From positions 248,001 to 312,000 of the forward strand of contig OZ237748.1 in NCBI GenBank assembly GCA_965178125.1: a DNA stretch of 64,000 bases, read 5' to 3'. The notes beneath the pieces were generated by a model. The model had not been told where the DNA came from, searched no databases, and worked only from the letters and a program-made list of their open reading frames with translations. Within the stretch, counting starts at the first letter, position 1, and each line of letters starts with the position of its first letter. The position numbers and the translations under genes were made by a program. This document shows, one piece after another, positions 1 through 13,136 of this stretch. The stretch comes from Bilabrum cf. latius. Taxonomy: Eukaryota.

Positions 1-380
1 CAGTTTCATCTACATCCAACAATGGACTGCGGCAAAGGCCCAGACGTGACCCGGGCGCCTCGCCGGCTGTGCGCGGCGCCTAAATGAGTTCCGCTCACAC
101 AAATATGGTCGGCAGCTGCTACCGAAAATCAAGATTCGTTCGTTCGTTCGCTACCGCCTCTTGGAAGGCATTAGTCCGATTGTTCTATCAGTTTGAGATG
201 TGAGGACGTTTGTATCTGTCTTTTTAGTATCTGTACAACTTGGTCAGGCTGACACCGCTCCGCGGCAGCTGTTGTATCCGAGCTACCTATGGTGCGCTGA
301 AATCTGCTCGTGGATTCAATCCATATGAGTATGATTAACATGGTACATAGAATATTAAGGTTAATAATCAAAAATCACAG

Positions 381-3300
381 GGGAGACACACTTCTCACAG
401 CAGCCCTAAATGGCAAAGTGGACGCCCTGAGGGCCTGTCTGGATTCGGGAACGGACATCGAATCCAGAGATGGCGTGAGATTGAGTACCTTGTCCATCTA
501 TTAGATTCCTTTTTGAGTTAGTGTTCTTGTTTACACCATAAGGTCCACGTACAAGCTGTCACGGAGCTCCCAAGTGATGATATCCTCCTTTGGAGACCTG
601 ATGCACGCCATCGATTCGTTGATGAGCTAAATCAGGGGGTGATACGGGGAGGCTGCAGAGGCTGATGTGTACATGATACTCAAATGCACCTCTAGTTCTG
701 CTTCCTCTCCGCGCTTGGCCATCAGCGGATCCTCACCCCCCGCCACCAGGTTGCTCCCTTCCCTCGGGGTCTGCCACCCGCGACTACCCACCAACGGTTT
801 TATATTTCTTGAGTGCATTGCAGGATGGTTGGACAGCTGCATACTATGCGGTATGGAAAGGCGACACCGAGTTGCTGAAGGTGCTCATCGAGAGGGGCGC
901 CAACGTGAACGCTGCCAGAGACGTGAGAGAGAGAGGCTGCCTGCCCCACAGGGCGGGTTGTATGTGGTACCTGTGATATTTGATTTGGCGCGAGAGTTCA
1001 TCATGCTGGCATATCATTGGCTCCTCGTCGATCGAGCCGGGCCGGACCCCCGAGCGAGTGCTCCCCAGTGACTGATGAAGTCTCGAGGGGAGGGGCGATT
1101 TATTCTTGCTTTCTTGTGTATGCGGTCGATTGTATGTTGGTATGATTTGACTTTTCATGTCCTAGAGTATTGGTGCGAGGGTGGTTGGCCATCGCTCAGC
1201 CTCGGCCGGCTGGTCCACCTGGCTTTCGTGCTGGGTGAGGACAGGGGCAGGTGAGTGGTGGCTTGCAGGATGTGGATTCACAGGGATCGTGTCTAGGTTT
1301 TCGAGGCGAATGTTTACAGATTGATCGACTTAATATAGTAGCTATGTCCAAGGTTGGTTGTTGATCGATGACAACTGCCCGGGGGATAACAGGACTGGCC
1401 TGAGCATGGCCTTTGTGACGAGCATTCAGCTCGATCCTCATTCCCTGGCTTGCGCCTCCGATTGGCAGAGTTCAATGATTTTGCACTGATTAGTACATAC
1501 ATAGTATGACAAAGATGTGATTAATTTGAGTCACTAGCCTTTCGGGACATCAACTGCCAGCGAGCCGGCCGCCGCCCGTCCCCGCAGAGGGCCCCTCGGC
1601 TATCTCAGCCCCCAGGCGGATTCAGAGGCCGGGACCGGTCCCTGTCGTGATGGAATGGCTCGATAGGACAATTGGTGTATGTTTGGATTGGTTTTAATTT
1701 TGGTGATTTTGTCCCTCGAGCGGGAATTGATCCGGGAACTACACCCCTTGGACCCAGAGGGACTCCCACCAGTCCCTCCCAAAGCCCCCCACACCCCCAG
1801 CACCCGCCCCATGCCCACACACATCCACACCGACACCCACTCCGATCACACCCCCTGCTCCCCCTACCCCTTGTCTTCCATCCTTTGACCAAAGAATGGA
1901 TACACACCCGTTCATGCGGCATCCATGTATGGGAGGAAAGGCTGCCTTCGACTGCTGCTTGAAAATGGGGGGGACGTGCATGCGGTGAATGAGGTGAGAG
2001 AGAGATAAATATGTTGAAGGAGAGGTTGGTCTTGTGTGTGTCCGTGCTTGTATGTTGGATGGGTGTGTGTGTCTGTTCGGCTTGGGATTACCCCGGGCAG
2101 GGTCAGCTATTCGTTCGCGAACGTTCAGCTGATACTGGCGTGATCCTTTGATCGACCGGCGAGATGTCATTCCGGTTCGAGTCTACTCTGGGGAAAGAGA
2201 GAGATCAGCCTCTGCGCTAGACAAGATTAGCAAAGAAATACAGAAGCAGCCTAAGCCAGTAGCTTTCTTCTCTGGCACGGCCTGCGACGCCAAGATGCGA
2301 CGGCAGCTCAGGGCACAACGACCAGTCCGCAGCTCTGCGCCGCAGCAATGAGTACTATAACGATTTCAATGGCACAAGTTATTTAAGCAGTTTCGGGTCC
2401 GAGACCCGCTGGCAGGTCCCTTCGCGACGCTCCCGCTGCATTAACGGATTGGGGCTTGACACGTGTGTGCGTATTCCGGGCTGTAGGTATGGTATGGTAT
2501 CATGGTTTGGACCCATCGGAGCGATTTTCGGTGTGGGTGGGACCCTACTATATGATTCGACTCCAAATCCGAATTGTCGCATCGGATGGCGATCTATCAC
2601 TGGGAGATTGTTTCGTTTTGGTCTACAGTCCTCCGTTCATGAGCGTGTGGACATTTAATCTTGTATTTCTTTATCCTGTACTCGTACCAGCGCGAAATCT
2701 GAACTCTGTGGAAGCAGCCCATCTCGATCGGGACTGGCTTGTTATGAGCAGCAATGGTTTCATAGTACTGCATGTGTGTTTAGTGTTGGACAGATGCCTT
2801 TGGATTTCTTGGTTTACCTTTGTAGATGGCTCGGAATCTGGCGCTACATCACACTGTCTTTGACTCGATGCCGGACCCCCGCACAAGACCGCGGACACCG
2901 GTGGCAGATGTGCTGCATGGATTCAGGTACTCAAAGACTTGTCAATGGAATGCTTTTAGAGCAAATCATGTTGGCGCATTGGCTTTCAGTACCCTCCGAT
3001 TCAACCGCAGGATGGAGACACTCCCCTTCACAGGGCAGCGTACTATGGCCACACCGCCTGCGCTACTATCCTCATGGAAGCAGGGGCCCGCAGGGACATC
3101 AAGAACAACGTGAGCGTCTGTGAGCTTGCCAAACTGCATCGTAGCATGACTTGATTTCCTTGCTCCCATCATGCTGCCAGATGAATCGAAGAGTACTGTG
3201 AAATTACCCCCCCCTGTGCATCCCCCACACCGCGTGACATGTCATGCGCCCCTTTCCCTCGCTTTTTGGATTGAGCAGAGTGGCAAGCTTCCCGCTGAGT

Positions 3301-3611
3301 AGGCAGACTCTTTTCGTGAGACCATTACCGCTGCTGCGATCCGATCGTTCATTGCATCACGGCCCCGTAGAGCCCTTTGCTGGAGGAGGGCAGTGGAGGC
3401 CAAGAGGGACGCATCGATGGTGTTCCAGGCGGCGAGTGAGGGGCGGCCTTTGGAGCTGGCCAGGAGGCTGAGACTGGGCAAGCTGGCTGGTGGGTTGGAG
3501 ATCAAGGGAATACCAATACATGCCAGTGGGAGCTCTAGGCTGGTGCTTCCACTGGAGGCAGCCAGGCTGGGAGGGCATGATAATTGCGTGAAGCTACTGC
3601 AAGAGGCCTAA
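381..3611 (+). CDS. Host ankyrin-repeat protein, spliced (exons ~381-474, 824-922, 1895-1993, 3011-3109, 3279-3611; first exon not located)
   Basis: GT-AG bounded exons; three are exactly 99 nt and each encodes one ankyrin repeat (DGWTAAYYAVWKGDTELLKVLIERGANVN; NGYTPVHAASMYGRKGCLRLLLENGGDV; DGDTPLHRAAYYGHTACATILMEAGA). Last exon has an in-frame TAG at 3300-3302 and ends at TAA. Confidence 0.85.
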
Positions 3612-3921
3612 GGAGGTCATTAAGTACTTGTTTCTTTTAATTACGATAATAGACACGCAATTGACCCCGTTGGAATATCTGCGGCATGGCCCGCTCCCCC
3701 CCACTACGGTAATAAATAAATTTATTCCCTTCGGTTAAGGTTGATGAATCAACAATAATTACACGATGTCAGAGCTAAAGCTCTTCCACCGTATCCATTC
3801 CTGTAGAGGTTCTCACCTCTACAGTCAAAGTGTCCTCCTTCTCATTCCTCTTCATAAAGCTACTTTATACTACCTCTGTATCCTTCTAACTCTAAAATAT
3901 AAATCTCTATACACTAACGAT

Positions 3922-3969
3922 ATCCACGTTTTGAGAATAATTATATAGTATTACTAGCAAAACGTGGAT
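3922..3969. repeat. V1 intergenic palindrome (ATCCACGTTTTG...CAAAACGTGGAT); related copies at 29629-29676 and, inverted, 36844-36891
   Basis: Direct comparison; 29594-29676 and 36844-36926 form an ~80-bp inverted repeat pair. Confidence 0.85.
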
Positions 3970-4190
3970 GTACCCCTTGATATGATGGGCTAATGGGACT
4001 ATTGCCTATTTATACCGAAAAGTTCCATCACTTTTGAAGAACCATTATTCAACCTTCTTAACTACCTTCATTATACCCCCTTATCCAAGCTTATACCTTC
4101 ACAAATGGAACACACGCGCTTTTTGTTTTTAAATTGTTATAGAGCGTTTAAATTGACTTAAAAAATATATTTATTATAGGTATATACAGA

Positions 4191-4769
4191 ATGAGCTTTT
4201 TAGAACTATTAACCAAAAAATCTATGAGTTTGAGAAAGGAGCTTAGACCATCTAAAACATTTCTTAGAAAAGCTGAGCGGGTCCATTGGGAACGATATAA
4301 TTATCTATGTGATTTGTATGATGATGAGGATGAAATCATTGAATAGATTTTATACCTTGTATTAAAAAAGTATTAGAAAATAAAATTACGGATTATCAAA
4401 TAGGATACGATAGCTAAAATGGGAAAAGTGAAAGAAAACCGATTAACTTATAGTGAAATAGAACATTTAAGATATTATGGAAATAGGAGGAGTATTTAGA
4501 GTTTAATAAATGAGCGGGTTTCACATTCTCCTGAGATTAAAGCAATAATTCAGAACCATAAACAGAAAGTAGAACGTTTTAAGACTATATCAGAGAACAT
4601 AATATATACGCTAACTGATAACAGGTATTGGAAAAATAGAAAAGATAAAACAATTGAACAAACTATTAAAATCAAAGAGGAATTAATAGGTAGAGCGTGG
4701 CACCCTTCAAGATTAGAATGGGTATTGGATAACGAGGAGCGAGACGAGATAGAGGATAATTTTAATTAA
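4191..4769 (+). CDS. V1 hypothetical protein with C-terminal ELIGRAWHPSRL tail
   Basis: 192-aa ATG..TAA frame with four internal TAGs; last ~40 codons nearly identical to the end of the next gene. Confidence 0.75.
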
Positions 4770-4858
4770 TTGAATTTTAATAATATTAATGATTATTTAA
4801 TATTATAGATTGAGTTTAAAAAGGCTTAAATAATATATTAATTATAGGTATATACAGA

Positions 4859-5803
4859 ATGGAAGAATTTAAATGGGAAAACGGAACCTTGAAAGCAACA
4901 CAGCCAATTAATTATTACAGAGCTAGAAAAGGTTATATATTTGAAGGTCAAACCTACTACATAGTCAAAACCAGAAAGCAACTAAAAGATTTACTAACTA
5001 AATATAAGCCCGAAAGAATAGTAACTACATTCATTAAGTATATGAATTATGTATTCAAACATAGGGTGGATTTTAATGAACCTTTAAATACTTGGGATGT
5101 TTCTAATGTTAAGAATATGTGTTGTATGTTTGAAAATTGTAAATCGTTCAATCAACCGCTTGATAATTGGGATGTTTCTAAAGTGGAGAATATGGAAGAA
5201 ATGTTTAGAGATTGTAAATAGTTTAATCAACCATTGGGTAATTGGGATGTTTCTAATGTTAAGAATATGGGTTGTATGTTTGACAATTGTAAATCGTTCA
5301 ATCAACCATTGAATAAATGGAATGTTTCAAATGTTAAGAATATGGGTTGTATGTTTGACAATTGTAAATCGTTCAATCAACCATTGAATAATTGGGATGT
5401 TTCTAATATAAAAGGAATGTATGGTATGTTTTGGGGTTGTTCAACCTTCAATCAACCATTGAATAAATGGAATGTTTCAAATGTAGATATGATGTCTTAT
5501 ATGTTTTATGAGTGTGAAAATTTCAATCAACCTTTGAATAATTGGAATGTTTCAAATGTAGATTCCTTTACTTTTATGTTTGATGATTGTTTTAGTTTTA
5601 ATCATTTGGAGAATGGAATTAAGGATGAACGAGTTGATTATTCCACGACATTAATCCCATCATTAGAAGAGCGGAAAGATGAAACAATTGAACAAACTAA
5701 AAAAATCAAAGAGGAATTAATAGGTAGAGCGTGGCACCCTTCAAGATTAGATTGGGTATTGGATAACGAGGAGCGAGACGAGATAGAGGATAATTTTAAT
5801 TAA
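4859..5803 (+). CDS. DUF285/PARCEL-type repeat protein
   Basis: Repeated FNQPLNNWDVSNVKNMxxMF units; ORFs 4859-5221 and 5234-5803 joined by TAG (DCK*FNQPL). Confidence 0.85.
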
Positions 5804-5842
5804 GTTTTATTATAATAATTATTTTATTTTTAATTATTATAT

Positions 5843-6112
5843 ATGAAGTTATACACAGCGAAGGTTTATTTTTATGATGATGATTATAAAAATGTTGAAG
5901 ATACAGTTGAAACAAAAATATTTAAATCTTTTGAGAAGGCAAAAGAATACGCAAGAAAATTAATATACGATTGGGTTGATGAGCATTATGAAATAAATGA
6001 CTATGAAAATTTTGATTTGGATAAATCAATTGAAAGTAAATGGAATGAAGCTAATTTTAGAAACCAGAAATTTGATTATGAAATAGAGGAAGAAAACGTA
6101 GAGGATAGTTAA
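5843..6112 (+). CDS. V1 hypothetical protein
   Basis: ATG..TAA 89 aa with TATATA upstream. Confidence 0.6.
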   Translation: MKLYTAKVYFYDDDYKNVEDTVETKIFKSFEKAKEYARKLIYDWVDEHYEINDYENFDLDKSIESKWNEANFRNQKFDYEIEEENVEDS

Positions 6113-6148
6113 ATTTTAATAATATTATTATTATTATTAAAATATAGT

Positions 6149-6565
6149 TTAATCTTTTGAGACGATAAAATCATCTAAAGCCTTTTTGATAAGTTCATTC
6201 TTTTGTTTTTCAAGTTGTTTATTTAACTCTTCTTTCTCTTTTCTAATTATAAGATTAATAGCCACAGAATCGTGTAAATCTTCACTTAAATATTTGAGTG
6301 AATTATTATTTAACCTTTCTAATATTCTATACGGTTGAACGAAGTAAGACAAATAATCAATTTCTTCAAATTCACTTGTAATTCTTTTTTTAAGGCTGTG
6401 ATTGATGTTTGGGTCAGTGTCAAGGTCCATATATTGAAAATGCTTTAACATTGATGGTTTGTGCTTCTCAACATAAATATATACGATTGACATAAAAGTG
6501 GAAGGGCTTTTATTTTTTAAAAGTTTCTCTACATTAACGCTAGATAACAGGAACTTAACAAACAT
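6149..6565 (-). CDS. V1 hypothetical protein
   Basis: ATG..TAA 138 aa. Confidence 0.6.
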   Translation of the reverse strand: MFVKFLLSSVNVEKLLKNKSPSTFMSIVYIYVEKHKPSMLKHFQYMDLDTDPNINHSLKKRITSEFEEIDYLSYFVQPYRILERLNNNSLKYLSEDLHDSVAINLIIRKEKEELNKQLEKQKNELIKKALDDFIVSKD

Positions 6566-6669
6566 TTTATACTATAAATAATTATTTTATTTTAATTTAT
6601 TAAACACTTTATTAATATATTTTTTAGTTTAAAAAAAATAAAATAAAAAACATTATATGTATATACAAA

Positions 6670-7017
6670 ATGGATTTTAGAGCAATTTTTACAGATAAGA
6701 GTATAAGCAGAATATTAAAAATAGTTAGAGGGAAAATTAAAAGAATTTGTGATATACAAATACCGCTCTTATTAGGGGTAGCTTTGAAGAAGAGAACAGG
6801 CATAATCACGCTTGAGATTATTAAATATGAATTGATGTATAGAATACCTTTACCGGCAGTGTAGAATGATTTAATCCATTTTTCATCTTAGGATTATCAT
6901 AATGGCATAATAATAAGGGGATTAATGGAATCAGAAATAGCACGAGAAATAGAAAGAGTTGAAATGTAGTTTAAAAAAAATAAAAAAAATATAAGTTTAG
7001 TATATAATTATGTCTGA
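6670..7017 (+). CDS. V1 hypothetical protein
   Basis: Open with TAG=Gln to TGA; end depends on homopolymer runs. Confidence 0.45.
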
Positions 7018-8325
7018 TAAATTAGATTTAAAAATATAGATGTCATAGAATCTTGCCGGAAGGATAAAATGTAAGTGGCGCGATTTTGGAAAAGTCATAT
7101 GTGAAAATCTTACAAGTAAGATAAATGGAAATGAAATTATATTAAGACAATTTGATGAACAGCATAAAGATGGAAAAATTGAATTATCATTTACAACAGA
7201 TTATAAGGCAAACCAAATAATAGATATGCTTAAAGACTTAAGTGAAAAAAGACAGCATATTATCTTAGAACACGCAAAATACCAGCTGAGGCGAAGAAAT
7301 ATAGAACAATAGGAAGAAGCACACGAAGACCGACCAGAAGAAGACCATGACACTCCCGAAAGTGATAATGATTGTAATAGTAATGGCGATGATGATAGCG
7401 AAAATGATAGTAATAGTGATGATGATAGTAATAGTTGAACTCTGCTGCGAATCAATGAGTGCTCCTTCTACATGCCCAATGGCCAAATCACGGACCCGCT
7501 CCCACAGTTGGGGCAGTTCCATAAAAAAAACAAACAGGACGTCCCTGCGCCCGTCCCGCGCCCTCTCCCCCCCACGAGGGACAGTCCGCCCCGAATCGAC
7601 TGGTTCTCCTCAGTCGCGTCTCGCGCATGCTATACCACACTCGCCACAAATGTACACGCTACCCCAATCCTTGCATCGTCTGCGCCTCCAGGCTCGCTCC
7701 GATGCCTCCCCTTCTAGTCCTGCCCCATTCTGATCTGCTGTCTCCCTACGCACCCGTACGTCTCAGCCTTCGCCAGAAATCCTACTGCCTTGTGGTCTGG
7801 CCCCACTCGGCTGCCTCCGCTGCCCCTCCCTCCCCATGGGCCTCCACGCTCCCGAGCCCTACTGGCTTGCTCGGGCCTGTCCGTGCCCCTTCGTCGTCCC
7901 CGCCACGCGTCTGGTTAACCGCGCTCGGGGCATCCCGATCCTCCCCTTTCCTCCGTTCATCTTGGAATCCCCCTCTCCGTCGCCTCCCCCGGTGCCACCC
8001 GACCCCTTGGTGGGCCGCCGCCCGTCCACCCTGTCACCTCCGCCAAGCTCCCCCGTCTGCTCCTGTCCCCCTCTCACCTGGCCCCCTCGCTGTCACCTCC
8101 CGCCGTTGTTGTCCTCCACCTGCACGTGCGCTGCTGCTGTACCCTCCCCGTCGGAGCCCCCATCGCTGTCTCACAGCCCTCAATCCCAATGTCTGATGAC
8201 ACAGATAAGATGATGATAGCGATTGTGATAACAATGACAATAACCAACAACAAGAATCTAGAATTTGTTCTGCTAGATGTCCTAGAATTACAGCTTCTCA
8301 ACTAAGAAGATTACTTTTTGGTTAA
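7010..8325 (+). pseudogene. V1 hypothetical protein with D/N/S-rich tract, interrupted by a solo Ngaro repeat
   Basis: Removing 7436-8208 restores the frame ...DSNS|DDDSDC... to TAA. Confidence 0.7.
7436..8208 (-). mobile_element. Solo A-B terminal-repeat remnant of the Ngaro-B family
   Basis: Near-identical to 39809-40580; starts TGAACTCTG, ends ACACAGATAA; no target-site duplication. Confidence 0.9.
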
Positions 8326-8383
8326 TAGAATTTAAAAAGATAGTTTAAAAAAAAATTAAAAAATATCTAGTAATTATATACAA

Positions 8384-8755
8384 ATGGAACAATTACAAAA
8401 AGTAATAAACACAAGGTCTAAATTAAAAAATGAGTTTTTAGATATCGTTGATGATTTCAAGAAAACTAATCGTGAATTAGAACAAAAGTTAAAGCAACTT
8501 AAAATAAAAGAGACGGAATTAAAAAATAAAGTGAATAGTAAATTAATCGCTTTAAATGTGGAATATAAAGAGGTAAGCAAAAAGAAAACAGAAGCTGTAG
8601 CCCCTTATATGAAAAGTTTAAAAGAATTAAAGGGGCGAATGGATGGACTCACTAAGAAAGAAAAATTAAAGCTGGTTGATATCCATTAGGAGATAAGAGA
8701 AACGAAGGAGCAAATTAAAGTGAATGAAGCTATTGATAGGCTTTTTAACCCGTGA
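8384..8755 (+). CDS. V1 coiled-coil hypothetical protein
   Basis: K/E/L-rich frame read through one TAG to TGA. Confidence 0.6.
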
Positions 8756-8795
8756 ATAATTAATTTATAAATATTAAAACTATTTAATATATATA

Positions 8796-9950
8796 ATGAG
8801 TAAGAGAGGTAGAAAAAAAGAGGATGAGATAAACGATTAGTCATTTGGATTTAATACCAAAAGCTTAACAAAAGATTTAATGAAACCAGTAAAGGAACCA
8901 AAAGGATAGAATTATATAAAATATTATAAACCGACAGAGGCTAATTTAATATAGCAGGCTGATTTACTTTATTTACCTTACGCAACTGATAAGGATTCAA
9001 AATATTTGTTAGTGGTTATAGACACTAGCGGGTTAGGTTTAGATTTTGAGGCTTTAGAGAGTAGAAGCGCGGAAGATATAGTAAAAGCATTTAAAAGGAT
9101 ATATAAAAGGAAGTATTTAAATATTCCAAAAATGATAAGAACGGATAAGGGGGGTGAATTTGATAATGGAGATTTTAGGGAGTATTTAAAGGAGAATAAT
9201 ATAGAACATATTTTTTCAAGAGTGGGTCGTAAATCTTAGATGGCGTTAGTGGAAAGATTAAATGAGGAGATAGGGACAGCGATATTTTATTATTTGAATT
9301 CACAGGAGATAAAAACAGGGACAACGATAACGACTTGGAGGCATTTAATACCAAAGCTGAGGGAGATATTAAATTAGCGTTATAAATCCAGATAGGAAAA
9401 GTTGAATGAGAAAAGGGAGAAATTACCATTTAAACCGCCTAGATGTCAGGGTAATACGTGTGATATATTAAATGAGGGGGAATATGTGAGGATAGCTTAT
9501 GATTATCCTAGAAGTATAGAGGGGATAAAGGAGATTGGAAAGTTTAGAGCGGGTGATATTAAGTATTCTATTAAACCTTATAAGATAGAAAGAGTAATAA
9601 TAAAGCCGGATTACCCACCATTATATAAAATTGAGGATATACCATATACATATTTTAATAGAAATTAGCTATTAATAGCGTCTAAACCATATGATAATAA
9701 AGCTTAGGATATATTTATAATTGAAAAAATAATTAGAAAGAATAAAAATAATACTTACCGTGTTAAATGGAAAGATTCAATTACAGATGAGGCTACAAAG
9801 AATAAATATAAAAAGTAGATAGATAAAATAATAAGAATAATAAAATCAGGAGATGGAGATGTGAAGTATTTGATAAAATGGAAACCTACGACAGAACCGG
9901 CGTCAAATATATCAAAGACAATGAAAGATTTATTTAATAAAAAGAAATGA
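8796..9950 (+). CDS. rve (DDE) integrase with C-terminal chromodomain-like repeats
   Basis: QADLLYL (D), IRTDKGGEF (D), ALVERLN (E); C-terminal IEKII..YRVKWK and IDKII..YLIKWK; continuous only with TAG=Gln. Confidence 0.9.
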
Positions 9951-9995
9951 ATATTATTATTAATAAATTTAATAATAAAAATTTGAGTTTATTAT

Positions 9996-10613
9996 TTAAA
10001 CTCTATAGGTTAAACCATAAATTGACATAACCATCTAACTAAGATTTTCAAATGTGTTATAGACTGAATATTCTTTTGGATTGAAACTTTTTAAAAACTC
10101 AGCCCTTGAATGACGCGCTATTTCTTTATCTTCTTTTGATAATTTCTCCTAAACACTCATAAATAATTTATCACTTGGAACGGCTACACATACACTGCTT
10201 ACTTTGAAAATTTCCGTTGCTAGGTCAAAATCTGAAGTTAAAAATACGGCTCTGTGTTTCGGTTTTTGTAGCCAATTTTCTTTTACTTTTTCAATGCTAT
10301 TTTTCATAAGTTCAAATTTTAAAAGCTTAGCAGTGGATAAATCACCCCTAGCTTCTGCGTCATTCAAATGAACAACCTATTTTGTATCTGCGTTGACCTT
10401 TAATACTTCATCCAAATCAACCAATAGGATATTAGGGTCTATAGATGTTAAAGATTTATTTAATTCTGTTTTACCACCTTTACGTGGAAGAACTAAACAT
10501 AATTTTTTACGGTTAGCTAGTGAAGTCCAAAAGTCCCAACACCAACACCCCATATAACCCAATGGAACCAAAACCCCGCCTACCGTGCTTGCTGTTGCTA
10601 CTAACTCTGCCAT
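9996..10613 (-). CDS. P-loop NTPase/kinase-like protein with hydrophobic N-terminus
   Basis: LCLVLPRKGGKT Walker A-like and LLVDLD motifs; homologous to V2 54218-54856. Confidence 0.65.
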
Positions 10614-10657
10614 TATATATATCTATAGAAAACAAAATTATTACTATCTATAGACTA

Positions 10658-12664
10658 TTATTTTAATAAACGTAGTTTTTCAAAATGTTGGTGAAGAATT
10701 GCTTTAATTTTATCTTTTACATTCTCGTGTTGCTTACCTTTTCCACCGGCTACATTAAAAAATTCTTCTTTTATTTGTCCTCCTTTATGCTTACCACATC
10801 CACAACTACCGCCACCACTCTATTTTTTAATTTTCTATTCAATAATTAAATTAATTGCTTTCATTAACATATTATAGGGGTCTTGTCCTTTTCCTATAAT
10901 CTATTTAAAGCTCCATAATGGTTTCCCTTCTGTATTAAATCCCCTGTCCTACAAAAACTGCTTTGCTTCACGTATTTTTACTCTGTTGTCTTGTGTATTT
11001 GGTAAATTTGCTTCTCTTACATATCTTCTTATAGTTCCCATACTTAAAGAAGGCTCCAATATACCGGATCTTATTTTTGTAAGTATGGTTTGTAAAATAG
11101 GTTTAGTTGCCCCTTCTATTGGTGTAAATCCGTTTTCAATTAACCTTCGTTTTATTGCTGCCGCTGTGCCTCTACCACTTATTGATTTGCCTATACGTTT
11201 AGCCATATCTCCCGGTGTTTGTGATGGGGGTAATTGTGGGGGGCTTGATTCCGGCTGTGCTATTCCATCTGTTGGTTCTTCATCTGGTGCTGCTCGTTTT
11301 GTATTTCTTGTCGCTGCTTCATCTCTATCTCTTTTCTCTTGTTCTTCTATAGCTTTTTGTCTTTCTGTCCGTTCTTTTTCCGCTTCATCCGCCCTTCTCT
11401 GTTGTGCCGTTCCTTTTCCTTCATCATCTGGTTGTGCTTGTGATGGTGTTTCATCTAATGGGTCCCTGCTTTCATCTGTTTTAATTCCTGCGGGTGTTTT
11501 AGGTGCCTCTGATGAACCAAATAATCCGTTATATAGCATATTGGAAAAAGCACCGATGCCCGATTTTTCCGGTGATGCTTTGGTTGGTTGTAATGCCGGT
11601 TGCTATAATAAACCTTGAGGATTAGGGCTGTCAAAATCAACCCGCCGTGCTACTTGTTCAGGTGCTTGAGATTCTGAAGGTGGTTCTGGTGCTGGTTGTG
11701 CCGGTGGATTAAATAATGCTTCACTTGGTTTTATTGTGCCTTGTTTAACATCTTGTGCCCATTTTATCGCTTTATCTTTTGTTAATTGTGGAGATATTTT
11801 TAATCCTGATTTTCTTAAAGCTTTAGTTATACTTTTCCCCTTGGTTCCTTTTTTACTATTGATAGCCTTCTATAATGCTTCTATTTGTGCGGGTGTATAT
11901 ACAGCTGGGGTATTTGGTGCTTGTTGTGGTGCTGGTGTTGCTTCTTGTTGTGCTTCCTGTTGTGCTGGTGCTTCTTGTGTGGGTGCTCCTTGTGCTGGTT
12001 CTTGTTGTGCTGGTTCTTGTGTTTGTGCTTGTGGCGGGTTTAAAACGTTCTAAACTAAATCTTTTATTGCTTCAGCCTTTAAACTGCTTACTGCTCGTCC
12101 GTCTGGTGCTCTAATTCCGGCAAATTGTAAAGCATTTCTTAATTCGGTTGTATTATATTTACTCATATCACTGGGTAATTGTTCTAATAGCGCATCTCTT
12201 TTTGCTTTAGTTGTGGAAAATAATCTCATATTGATATTTTTAATTCCATCAAAAACTTTTTTTTTATCACTTGCTGGACCAACAACACCCCTAATATTAA
12301 TATTGTTAATAGTGTCTACAACTTGACGTATTAATGTATCGGGTAAATCTGGATTCCTATTAATAAATGATTGGAGATTTTCAATTTGAAATATTGGTAA
12401 TTCTGATTTAGCGGTCATAAGTTTAATATTATTAATAATATTTTCTATGCCTTGCTGTTGTTGCTGTCTTTCAATCCTTACATCAATAGGGACATAATTA
12501 GCCCGTAAAAAAGCATTGTCTCTTAGAGTTTGTCGTTTTGCTAGGGCTTCATCTTCTTCTTGTTGTATCATTAATTTTATTTGGGGGTCGTTTTCAATTC
12601 TCAACTGATCCGCTCTTTTTGACATAATCCCTTTAAGTAAATCATTAATTGTATTGTTGGACAT
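10658..12664 (-). CDS. Large putative virion core protein (P/Q/A-rich, C-terminal GG motifs)
   Basis: 668-aa frame with TAG=Gln; SGGG/KGG/AGG motifs resemble protease sites; positional counterpart at 55866-57308. Confidence 0.6.
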
Positions 12665-12746
12665 TGTATATATATATTATTAAGGATGTAATTAATAATT
12701 TATAAACTAAAGAGATTTTCGTTCAATTGGTTGGCTGTCTTTCAAC

Positions 12747-13136
12747 TTAAAACTGAATTTCTTTATCCATAAGCCCGTGAGCTTTAATTTTGGCGTTTGC
12801 TTCCTTCATACTTAAACCTCTACTTCTAAAGAATTTTAATAATTTATCCCTTTTTAGTTGTTTAGCACTACGGGGTTTTTTAGTTTTAGGGGCTTTACTT
12901 GAACTTTTCTTTTTACTACCTGCTAAAACGGTTAAACTTCCAGCTAAATAATTAGGACTACCTCCGATAACGTTTAAATCCCCGCCTTTAACTTTGCCTT
13001 TCTAGGTTGCGTTTATAATTTGGTTTGTGGTATCTTGGATTAATTTATTAATTTCATCTTTGTAATTGTTTTTATCAATTCCAAGAAAATGTAAAGCTTT
13101 GTTTGTCATTCCATCTACTGATTTAGAAACATCCAT
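12747..13136 (-). CDS. Small basic putative core/DNA-condensing protein
   Basis: VKGG, VIGG, YLAG, VLAG motifs followed by K/R-rich tail ...GLSMKEANAKIKAHGL; homologous tail in 57348-57791. Confidence 0.65.

Noticed and set aside
1-3690. Short ORF-track calls in the host region
   Set aside because: Intronic, or alternative frames of the ankyrin exons.
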